A stretch of DNA of 64,000 nucleotides from positions 12,484-76,483 of the forward strand of contig JAUJON010000002.1 in the NCBI GenBank assembly GCA_030447595.1, in the 5' to 3' direction. The notes under the pieces were generated by a model, which saw only the letters and a list, made by a program, of their open reading frames with translations, did not search any database and was not told the DNA's origin. Positions 9,951-18,805 of the stretch are shown one piece after another. Each line of letters begins with the position of its first letter. Position 1 is the first letter of the stretch. Position numbers and translations under genes: made by a program. This DNA comes from Thermosynechococcaceae cyanobacterium YX3bin19. Lineage in GTDB: Bacteria > Cyanobacteriota > Cyanobacteriia > Thermosynechococcales > Thermosynechococcaceae.

Positions 9951-11243
9951 ATGACCCACCTTTCGAGACGTCAATTCATCATTACAGCAGGTGCAGCCAC
10001 TGCCGGTACCCTGCTTACCCATGGCTGCAGCTCAGGTTCTAGCAAAGCTCCCAGTGCTGCCGATATCGCACCGGCTGCCCATGCAAACCCTGCTGACGGC
10101 CCAGAAGTGACGAAAGCCAAGCTGGGGTTTATCCCCCTAACCGATTGCTCTCCTCTCGTGATTGCTAAAGTCAAAGGTTTTTTTGCCAAGTACGGTATGC
10201 CAGATGTTGAGGTGGTCAAGCAGGCATCCTGGGGAACCACCCGTGACAATCTGGATCTCGGCTCTCAAGGCGGTGGGATTGATGGGGCCCACATTCTCAC
10301 GCCTATGCCTTACCAGCTCTCTGAAGGCATTTTCACCATGGGCCATAAGAAAATCCCCATGTACATCCTGGCCCGCTTAAATCTCAATGGGCAGGCGATC
10401 TCTCTGGCGAATACTTACAAGGAAGCGAATGTTGGGTTAGACAGCGCCCCCTTGAAGGAGAAAATTGCCCAGTTTGATGCTGATGGCAGGATCTTCAAGA
10501 TTGCTGTGACGTTTCCCGGCGGCACCCACGATCTCTGGATGCGTTACTGGTTAGCTGCGGGTGGCATCGACCCAGATCGAGAGGCGGCAACGATGGTCGT
10601 ACCTCCGCCCCAGATGGTCGCCAACATGAGAGTGGGCAACATGGAAGCCTTTTGCGTCGGTGAGCCTTGGAATGCTCTGCTCGTCAATCGCCAAGCAGGG
10701 CTACACCGCGCTAACAACCGGTGAAATGTGGCAAGACCATCCAGAAAAGTTTTTGCTATGTCGGCGGAGTGGGCGGATAAGTATCCTAAAGCAACAATGG
10801 CACTTCTAAAAGCGGTACTGGAAGCTCAGATGTGGTGCGACAAGCCGGAAAACAAAGAGGAGATGGCTAAGATTACCGCTGAGAACAAGTGGATCAAGAC
10901 CAAGCCGGAAGCGATCGTGAAACGAGCTAAAGGCACCTATGACTACGGCACTGGTCGTGTTGTGCAAAACAGCCCCCACTTGATGAAGTTTTGGCGGGAT
11001 CATGCCTCCTACCCCTACAAAAGCCACGACACCTGGTTCGTCACTGAGAACATTCGCTGGGGCTATCTTCCCCCAGAGACGGACATTAAGAAGCTGGTTG
11101 ATGCCGTCAACCGTGAGGACCTGTGGCGAGAGGCAGCGAAAGCAATTGGTCAAGAGGCAGCAATTCCCAAGAGCACCTCTCGCGGGGTGGAGACGCTTTT
11201 GACGGCGTCAAGTTTGATCCAGACAATCCAACCAGCTACTTGA
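9951..11243 (+). pseudogene. nrtA: nitrate/nitrite ABC transporter substrate-binding lipoprotein NrtA, frame-disrupted
   Basis: Tat/lipoprotein leader SRRQFIITAGAATAGTLLTHGCSS. NrtA/CmpA-family body (LGFIPLTDCSPLVIAKVKGFFAKYG). Pieces 9951..10724 and 10728..11243 are in the same frame. The segment GYTALTTGEMWQDHPEK (about 10697-10748) reads in the +1 frame, so this is a compensating indel pair at a G-run and an A-run. Confidence 0.9.
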
Positions 11244-11347
11244 ACAGTCTTAAGCTGAAGCGAGTCTAATCCTGCTGCTCCGCTAGTTTGGATGTCAAAT
11301 CCCCCCACTACTTAACCCGATGTGATCAAAGGAAACTCAGACAGAAA

Positions 11348-12183
11348 ATGGCAACAACCGTAGACCGTAGTACTCGACGCAATGGTTCTCGAAACAAATT
11401 TTCTCCCAAGTTGGGGAAGTGGTTGCAGAATCTCACCCCTACTGCTAGCGCCCTGGGGATTTTTCTGCTCCTATGGCAGCTGTTCACAATGACTCCTGAG
11501 GCAAACTTACCGGGACCGATCACGACGGTCGCAGAGACCTGGAAATATATTGTTGACCCTTTCTTTGATAACGGCGGAACCGATAAGGGGTTGTTCTGGC
11601 AGATCTTAGCCAGTTTACAGCGCGTTGCGATTGGCTACACTCTAGCCGCTATCACAGGGATTGCCGTAGGTATTTTGATTGGGGTCAGTACCTTTATGTT
11701 TCGGGCTTTAGATCCAATATTCCAGGTTCTGCGGACTGTACCACCGCTAGCCTGGTTGCCTCTTTCCCTGGCAGCGCTGCAAAGCGCTGAGCCTTCGGCC
11801 ATCTTTGTCATTTACATCACGGCTATCTGGCCAATCATTATCAACACTGCCGTGGGTGTCCAGCAAATTCCTCAGGATTACAACAACGTTGCCAGCGTTC
11901 TGCGGTTATCGCGCCAGAAGTACTTCTTTAAGATTCTGCTACCTGCAGCAGTTCCCTATATCTTCACTGGTTTGAAGATTGGGATTGGCTAGCATGGCTG
12001 GCCATTGTCGCAGCAGAGATGCTGATCGGTGGCGTTGGGATTGGTTTCTTTATCTGGGACGCTTGGAACGCTTCCCGGATTAGCGAAATTATTCTGGCAA
12101 TTATCTACGTCGGCATTATCGGCTTGATTTTGGATCGGTTGGTGGACTTTGTGGCCAGGCTGATTGTGCCAGTAGAGCAATAG
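11348..12183 (+). pseudogene. nrtB: nitrate ABC transporter permease NrtB, one frame break
   Basis: Probable start at MATTVDRS (11348). It is a multi-TM ABC permease. The track ORF stops at TAG 11990-11992. The next frame continues LAWLAIVAAEMLIGGVGIGFFIWDAWNASRISEIILAIIYVGIIGLILDRLVDFVARLIVPVEQ to TAG 12181-12183. Confidence 0.9.
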
Positions 12184-12273
12184 GTCTAGGGCCACTAGCG
12201 GCAGCCAATAGGTTCATCATTTTTCTGAAGCAAGCGTCCTTTCAGTCCCTCATCCTTTTACCTCCCAGTAACC

Positions 12274-14269
12274 ATGTCTGCCTTTGTTGAAGTTGATCAT
12301 ATTGACCAGGTTTTCCGACTACCAAACGGCGGCAGCTACGTCGCGCTCAGGAACATTGAACTCAAGGTCCGCCAGGAGAGTTTGTCTCTCTCGTGGGTCA
12401 CTCTGGTTGTGGTAAATCGACCCTGTTAAACATTGTGGCGGGGTTGAGCAAGCCGACGCGCGGAGGGGTGCTGTTGGAAGGACGAGAGGTCAAACAGCCG
12501 GGGCCAGACCGGATGATGGTGTTCCAAAACTATTCCCTGCTGCCCTGGCTATCGGTTCGCGAAAACATTGCCCTGGCCGTCGATGAAGTCATGGGTAGCC
12601 GCCCCTCGGGGGAGCGCCGGGCTATTGTGGAGCAGAATATTGACATGGTGGGGCTGCGGCACGCCGCAGATAAGCGACCTGGTAAGCTGTCTGGGGGCAT
12701 GAAGCAGCGGGTGGCGATCGCCCGTGCCCTGGCAATCCGCCCCAAGGTGCTGCTGCTCGACGAGCCCTTCGGGGCGCTGGATGCCTTAACGCGGGGTGGC
12801 TTACAGGAGCAGTTGATGAAAATCTGTGAGGAGACCCACGCTACTTGTATTATGGTCACTCACGATGTCGATGAAGCCCTGCTGCTGTCAGACCGGGTGG
12901 TACTGCTGACCAATGGGCCAGAGGCTCACATCGGCCAGATCGTTGACGTTACCCTTCCCCGTCCCCGTGATCGCATGGAAGTAGTGAACCATCCCAGCTA
13001 CTACGGTCTGCGAAGCGAGATTCTCTACTTCCTCAACCAGCAGAAGCGGGCCAAGAAACGCCAGGCTAAGCCAACAGCGGCGATCTCGCGCAACGGGTTG
13101 GAAAAAATTAATCTTGAAATTGGCTTTATTCCCCTCACCGACTGCGCGCCGCTGGTTGTAGCGAAGGAAATGGGTTTCTTTAAGAAGCATGGGTTAGAGG
13201 AAGTGACCCTCTCACGAGAGCCGAACTGGAAAGCCGTCACAGAAGGCATCGCTACCCAGCGATTGGATGCTGCTCAAATGGTTGCCGGTATGCCCCTGGC
13301 CCTGACCTTGGGCATCGGGGGAAAAGCCCCTCTGCCAGTTGTGACGGCGCTGGTACTGGCGCGCAACGGCAATGCGATCACCTTAGCCAAGCGCTTTTAT
13401 CACGAAGGGGTGCGCACTGCCGACGACTTTAGAGCCGTTGTCAGGCAAACCCCAGATAAAGTCCACACCCTGGGCATGGTCCACCCCGGCCTCCATGCAC
13501 AACCTCATGCTGCGCTACTGGCTGGCCGCCGGCGGCGTTGACCCCGACCGGGATGTTAATTTGGCCGTGATTCCACCCCCAGATGGTGGCTAACCTCCAG
13601 TCTGGAAACATTGTTGGCTACTGCGTCGGCGAACCCTGGAACTCTCGCGCTGTTCAAGAAGATCTGGGCTTTGTGATTGCCACAGACTTGGATATCTGGG
13701 CGGGTCACTTGGAAAAAGTTTTAGGGGTGCGGGAAGACTGGGCTGAGAAACATCCCCAAACTCACATTGCGCTGGTCAAGGCACTCCTGCAGGCCTGCGA
13801 GTACTGTGATGATCGCCGCAACCGCGAGGAGATTCTCGAACTGCTTTGCCGGCCTCAGTACGTTGGCTCTACAGCAGCCTATATGCGTCCTGGGTTTCTC
13901 GATCCCTACAGTCGCGGTACCGACGTCACAGCGCAAATGCTGCCGCGCTATAACCAGTTCTACGTTGACCAAACAAATTGCCCTTACCGGGTGGAGGGGT
14001 TGTGGGTCATGACCCAGTTAGCCCGCTGGGGCATTACGCCTTTTCCGAAGAACTGGATTGAAATTTTAGACCGGGTGCGGCGGGTGGATGTATTCGGTGA
14101 AGCAGCCCGAGAGCTGGGATTGGTTGATATTGAACCGGATCGCGGTCCCATTCAATTCTTCGATGGAACTGTCTTCAATCCAGATGACCCGATCCGCTAC
14201 CTCAATAGCTTAAAAATCAAACGGGAAATTCGTGTTGAAGAAGTTTTAATTGACCCCGTAGCTGTGTAG
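12274..14269 (+). pseudogene. nrtC: nitrate ABC transporter ATPase NrtC (ABC domain + C-terminal NrtA-like domain), at least 3 frame breaks
   Basis: ATG 12274 gives MSAFVEVDHIDQVFRLPNGGSYVALRNIELKVRQ. A frame break follows at CAGGAGAG (about 12376). ABC motifs are [24 protein letters not shown] and [11 protein letters not shown]. The C-terminal half is NrtA-like (IGFIPLTDCAPLVVAKEMGFFKKHG). Two more breaks lie around 13495-13590. The total of about 665 codons fits NrtC. Confidence 0.9.
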
Positions 14270-14326
14270 CGGCTAGGTCGCCTGCTACCCCCAGTAGTCA
14301 TGTCCTTCTAGGTCCTCTCCACCATT

Positions 14327-15150
14327 ATGCAAACTTTCAAAAGTACGAATACTACAAATCCATCCCTCAACCGCGATCCCTTTCTCGTGATTGAGAATGT
14401 AACCAAGGCCTATGGGTCGCACATCGTGCTTGACGGCATCAACCTCACCGTCCGTGAAGGGGAATTTGTCTGCTTGATTGGCCATTCTGGCTGTGGCAAA
14501 TCAACGCTGTTGGATATGGTGTCCGGATTCCGCAAGCCCAGCAACGGCGAGGTGCGTTTAGAAACAAAGCGGATCTCGCAACCGGGACCGGACCGGATGG
14601 TGGTCTTTCAAAACTACTCTCTCCTGCCCTGGATGAGTGCCTTTGACAATATCTACCTGGGTGTCAGCTCGGTCTACACTGAGAAGTCGAAGGCAGAAAA
14701 GACAAAGATTGTCCGAGAGCATTTAGAGCTGGTTGGTCTATCAGAAGCCGCCGATAAGAAGCCAGGAGAACTTTCCGGGGGCATGAAACAGCGGGTGTGC
14801 ATTGCCCGCGCCCTCGCTTTACGCCCGAAAGTGTTGATTTTGGATGAGCCGTTTGGCGCCTTAGACGCGATTACGAAAGAAGAGTTACAGGAGGAATTGC
14901 TCAAAATTTGGCGCGACCACCAGGTTACCGTGCTGATGATCACTCACGATATTGACGAAGCGCTGTTTTTAGGCGATCGCTTGGTGATGATGACCAACGG
15001 TCCCGCCGCCAAAATCGGGGAGATTCTTGATATTCCCTTCCCCCGGCCCCGCGTGCGCACCAAGTCTTGGAAGACCCCGAGTTCTACCGGATTAGAAATC
15101 ACGATTTGGATTATCTGTTCCGCCGCTTTGCCCATGACGATACTGAGTAA
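14327..15150 (+). pseudogene. nrtD: nitrate ABC transporter ATPase NrtD, C-terminal frame break
   Basis: Motifs [24 protein letters not shown] and [10 protein letters not shown] are present. After about 15060 the conserved tail QVLEDPEFYRIRNHDLDYLFRRFAHDDTE reads in another frame and stops at TAA 15148-15150. The track ORF instead runs on to 15214. Confidence 0.9.
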
Positions 15151-15217
15151 CTTAACCCACTGGGGGCTGGACCTCGAATCGCGATCGACCTCAGGAGAAA
15201 GTTTTTCTGAGTAGAGT

Positions 15218-15239
15218 GGTCTGAGCTATTTCTCAGACC
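15218..15239 (+). terminator. hairpin downstream of nrtD (possible operon terminator)
   Basis: The stem is GGTCTGAG, loop ctattt, CTCAGACC: 8 bp perfect. There is no U-tract, so this call is weak. Confidence 0.3.
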
Positions 15240-15272
15240 CAAGCGGATTCTCCTCACTAATTGACAGCTTTT

Positions 15273-15314
15273 GTGACTAGACATACCACATCGCCTCGTT
15301 GAGCCTGATAAATT
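15273..15314 (+). promoter_or_regulatory. imperfect NtcA-like promoter upstream of the ClC gene
   Basis: The box is GTGACTAGACATAC (GTG-N8-TAC) at 15273-15286. It is followed by exactly 22 nt and then TAAATT (15309-15314, TAN3T). The geometry matches the four perfect sites in this window, but the first half-site is GTG, not GTA. Confidence 0.35.
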
Positions 15315-15484
15315 GGTTGACCAACAAGCAGTCAAGCTGGTGTTCTAATCTTTTTCCTTCGTCGAGTAGCTTCTGTGCCTGCGGGTGGTAAATGAGCATC
15401 ACCCAATGCTCGTGTTTGGGCGCTACCAGCCAGTTGGACATAGGAATACCAAACGCTTGATCTGAAAGCCAATCTTTATCCTTT

Positions 15485-16918
15485 TTGGTTCATGGAGGTT
15501 CTGCATTGACTACTCAAACTCAAGCGGAGGGGATTGAGCCTCGTGATCCAGCTGATTCTAGTTCCAATGGAGATGGCCAGCTTACCTATGTGCAGCTCGT
15601 TCTCTGTGCAGTTCTGATTGGCATCATCGGGGGCCTGGTCGCAACTGTCTATTATTTCGTGCTTGAAGGGATGATGCATGGGATTTGGCAGACGGTGCCT
15701 GAGTTTCTCGAACCTTATTTTCCTAGCTGGCTACCTACCAACTATGTCTGGATTGCAACCACCATCGGTGGTTTTTGTGTCGGGCTAGCCCTCTATTTCA
15801 TGGGACTACCTGGAGAGATGGCTCAGGTGGTCGATAGGGTTCACGACCCAGGCAAAATTGATATTCGCCAAACCCCAGCAATGGTGATTACCTCTCTGAT
15901 TGCCATTTCTTCTGGCGGCAGTGCCGGGCCAGAAGCTCCCCTGGTACAGGTCAACGGCAGCTTTGGCAGTTGGCTGGGGGATAAGCTGAAGCTTAAGAAT
16001 TCCTCCGTGCGAGTTTTGACATTCTGCGGCATGAGCGCTGCTCTGGGTGCCTTTTTTGGGGCCCCGATTGGGGCTGCCCTGTTCGCTTTAGAAATTCCCC
16101 ACCGCCGGAGTTTGGAATACTATGAGGCAGTTGCTCCAGCGATTATCTCCGCCATTCTCTCCTTCGCTGTCTTCCGCATCAATACGGGCATAACGATTGG
16201 TGGCTTCTACCACTTTGAGGCGGTGCCTGACTTATTACCGATGCACCTGTTTGAAGGGCTAGTGCTGGGGTTTGTCGGTGCTCTTGTCGCTGTGCTTTTT
16301 ATCTTGCTGTTTCGGGCGATTGGCCAACTGCTAGAGCCCCTGAAACACCAGCGGATTTTGTTAGCAACCCTCGGTGGACTGTCAATCGGTTTAATTGCTT
16401 TTACCTTCCCTCAAACGCTCTTTTTTAGTGAAGCCCAAATTCATACGGTGATCGCAACCGGAGCAAGTTTGGGGGCCTTTGCCCTGGCAATGATTGCTGT
16501 AGCGAAGATGTTTGCCATCAGCTTTACCCTGCACTCCGGTTTCTTAGGGGGATTTATCTTTCCTCTTTTCTTCATCGGCGCCAATATTGGCTTAGCAATC
16601 TCCCTTGTTGTGCCTCAAATTCACCCAACGGTGGCAATGGTTTGCTTGATGGCGGCGGTGAACGTGGCAGTGACAAAAACTCCTGTCAGTACCAGCATTA
16701 TTCTCAGCGTGCTCTCGGGGACGGCAATGTTGCCCGTGATTACGATCGCCAGCTTCGTCAGTTTCATCATGACCAGCCAAGTATCCATGATTAAAACCCA
16801 GCGATCGCGCCGTCTAGATGAAGTTGCCGATCCTCCCTTACCTCAAGAAGGCTTGGTCAAAAGCTTTCAACAAATTGCTAGTGCACCGCTGAATGAAAGC
16901 TTGCAGTTAGAACCCTGA
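15485..16918 (+). CDS. ClC-family voltage-gated anion channel/antiporter homolog (divergent)
   Basis: 477 aa, polytopic. It keeps the ClC gating-Glu motif region SGGSAGPEAPLVQV (compare GREGPTVQI) and GGFIFPLFFIG (GxFxP). The first motif reads MGLPGEM instead of GSGIPE. The start codon is uncertain (TTG 15485). Confidence 0.85.
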   Translation: MVHGGSALTTQTQAEGIEPRDPADSSSNGDGQLTYVQLVLCAVLIGIIGGLVATVYYFVLEGMMHGIWQTVPEFLEPYFPSWLPTNYVWIATTIGGFCVGLALYFMGLPGEMAQVVDRVHDPGKIDIRQTPAMVITSLIAISSGGSAGPEAPLVQVNGSFGSWLGDKLKLKNSSVRVLTFCGMSAALGAFFGAPIGAALFALEIPHRRSLEYYEAVAPAIISAILSFAVFRINTGITIGGFYHFEAVPDLLPMHLFEGLVLGFVGALVAVLFILLFRAIGQLLEPLKHQRILLATLGGLSIGLIAFTFPQTLFFSEAQIHTVIATGASLGAFALAMIAVAKMFAISFTLHSGFLGGFIFPLFFIGANIGLAISLVVPQIHPTVAMVCLMAAVNVAVTKTPVSTSIILSVLSGTAMLPVITIASFVSFIMTSQVSMIKTQRSRRLDEVADPPLPQEGLVKSFQQIASAPLNESLQLEP

Positions 16919-16966
16919 ATCACATTCCTTAAAATTACATCTGCAGAACTGTATCTGAAATTTTTT

Positions 16967-17008
16967 GTAGTGGGTTATACGACCCTTGAACCCTAATCCG
17001 CCTAACGT
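16967..17008 (+). promoter_or_regulatory. NtcA-type promoter for nrtP-narB
   Basis: The box is GTAGTGGGTTATAC at 16967-16980 (TGTA..TAC). It is followed by 22 nt and then TAACGT (17003-17008, TAN3T). Confidence 0.6.
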
Positions 17009-17247
17009 AACTCCAGAACTGTTGATTCACAAAAACTATGGTTGCAGTAAAGATAAGAATCTAAAAATTTTATGGGTTTAGATTCAGGAAACGGTTTCGT
17101 CACCTCAAGTTAATACCCTCAGCGGCATAGCCTAGAGGCTGGCAGTGCCTAGCAGTAGGGTTCACACTACTAGAGATCTTAATGACCTTGAAGCAAAGAT
17201 GACCTGAGTCTGCCTGTTCTTACGCACATTCTCAAGGAGAACCTGCC

Positions 17248-18750
17248 GTGGCTGGAATATGGTCATTCAGCGGTCGCTACCGCATTCTACACCTCTCTTG
17301 GTTTGCTTTCTTTCTCACTTTCGTGGTTTGGTTTAACCTTGCGCCCTTTGCTACAGCAGTGAAGGCAGATCTTGGTTTGAGCGAAGCGCAGGTTAGGACT
17401 ATTCTTCTCTGCAATGTAGCGCTTACGGTCCCAGCGCGGATTATTATTGGCATGCTGCTCGACAAGCTAGGGCCCCGGATCACCTATTCAGCAATCTTGA
17501 TTTATGCTGCCATTCCATGTTTTACATTTGCCCTTGCCCAAAACTTCAGTCAGTTGGTGCTCAGCCGTCTGGCATTGAGCGTGGTAGGATGCGGCTTCGT
17601 GATTGGCATTCGGATGGTAGCGGAGTGGTTTGGTGAAAGAGAAATTGGCCTAGCTGAAGGGATTTATGGCGGCTGGGGTAACTTTGGCTCAGCGGCGGCA
17701 GCCTTTACCCTACCTACTGTTGCGGCTGCATTAGCCTTTTTGGCCGCTGGTTCCTTGAACTGGCGCCTCGCCATTGCCCTCACTGGAATTATTTCTGCAG
17801 TCTACGGTGTGATTTATTTCTTTAGCGTCCAAGATACGCCTCCTGGCAAGGTTTATCATCGGCCTGAACGGGCTAGCGGCATCGAAGTCACAACCCAGAA
17901 AGACTTTTGGCTACTCATGCTGATGAACGTTCCCTTAGTTGGGGTCTTGGGAGTATTAGCTTGGCGCTTACTAAAAGTCAATTTCCTGAATCAAAGTCAG
18001 TTTATTACCATTTGCCTGCTGCTAGTCGGCCTATACGCCTTCCAAGCCTACGGGTGCTGGCACGCAAATCAGGACTTGATGCAGGGCAAAAAGCGCTATC
18101 CCCCTCATGATCGCTATGGATTTAACCAAGTTGCGGTTTTAGAGCTGGCTTACGTGGTCTGTTTTGGCGCAGAGCTAGCGGTTGTCTCAATGCTCCCCAC
18201 GTTTTTTCAGCGAACCTTTGGCTTAACTGCAGCACTAGCAGGGGGAATTGCTAGCAGTTTTGCCTTTATGAACCTGGTTGGTCGTCCAGGGGGTGGTCTG
18301 ATTTCTGACATGGTTGGCAGTCGCAAGTGGACGCTAGTCACCGTAGTTGCTGGTTTAGGAATTGGCTTTCTAATCATGAGCACAACTACTGGGGGTTGGT
18401 GGCTTCCTTTGGTAATCTTTATCACGATGGCAACTGGTTTATGCGTCATGGCAGCGGAGGGGGCAACCTATGCCATCGTCCCTTTGGTAAAGGAACGAGT
18501 GACCGGTCAAATAGCTGGAAATGTGGGTGCCTACGGTACGGTGGGAGCGGTGAGTTACTTAACCCTCTACAGCCTTGTGCCTGAGGGTGAGGCTGGGAAC
18601 AAAATTTTTTTTGCAACACTGGGTATCACTGGTCTGATTGTGGCCTTTCTGAATGCCTTCTACCTTAAGGAACCTGAACACTCCCATCAGGCAGCCGAAG
18701 CAGCAACCAGTGGAGCAACGCCTACTCCCCTATACAAGCGAGATCAATAA
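17248..18750 (+). CDS. nrtP: MFS nitrate/nitrite permease (NarK/NrtP type)
   Basis: 500 aa with about 12 TM segments. GTG start, preceded by AAGGAGA. Gly-rich MFS/NNP-type segments are present (GIYGGWGNFGSAAAAF ... MNLVGRPGGGLISD). narB follows after about 50 nt. Confidence 0.9.
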   Translation: MAGIWSFSGRYRILHLSWFAFFLTFVVWFNLAPFATAVKADLGLSEAQVRTILLCNVALTVPARIIIGMLLDKLGPRITYSAILIYAAIPCFTFALAQNFSQLVLSRLALSVVGCGFVIGIRMVAEWFGEREIGLAEGIYGGWGNFGSAAAAFTLPTVAAALAFLAAGSLNWRLAIALTGIISAVYGVIYFFSVQDTPPGKVYHRPERASGIEVTTQKDFWLLMLMNVPLVGVLGVLAWRLLKVNFLNQSQFITICLLLVGLYAFQAYGCWHANQDLMQGKKRYPPHDRYGFNQVAVLELAYVVCFGAELAVVSMLPTFFQRTFGLTAALAGGIASSFAFMNLVGRPGGGLISDMVGSRKWTLVTVVAGLGIGFLIMSTTTGGWWLPLVIFITMATGLCVMAAEGATYAIVPLVKERVTGQIAGNVGAYGTVGAVSYLTLYSLVPEGEAGNKIFFATLGITGLIVAFLNAFYLKEPEHSHQAAEAATSGATPTPLYKRDQ

Positions 18751-18805
18751 ATCTCAGCTACTGGACCAGCCAGGTATTTAAGATCAAATACGACAATCGT
18801 TGACC

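Noticed and set aside
9951-15150. Frame breaks as programmed ribosomal frameshifting, or as proof that nrtABCD are dead genes
   Set aside because: There are far too many breaks. They occur in unrelated genes across the window, often at short homopolymers. Some come as compensating pairs, and none shows a slippery-heptamer plus structure context. Sequence error is the simpler explanation, so true pseudogenisation is left open rather than asserted.
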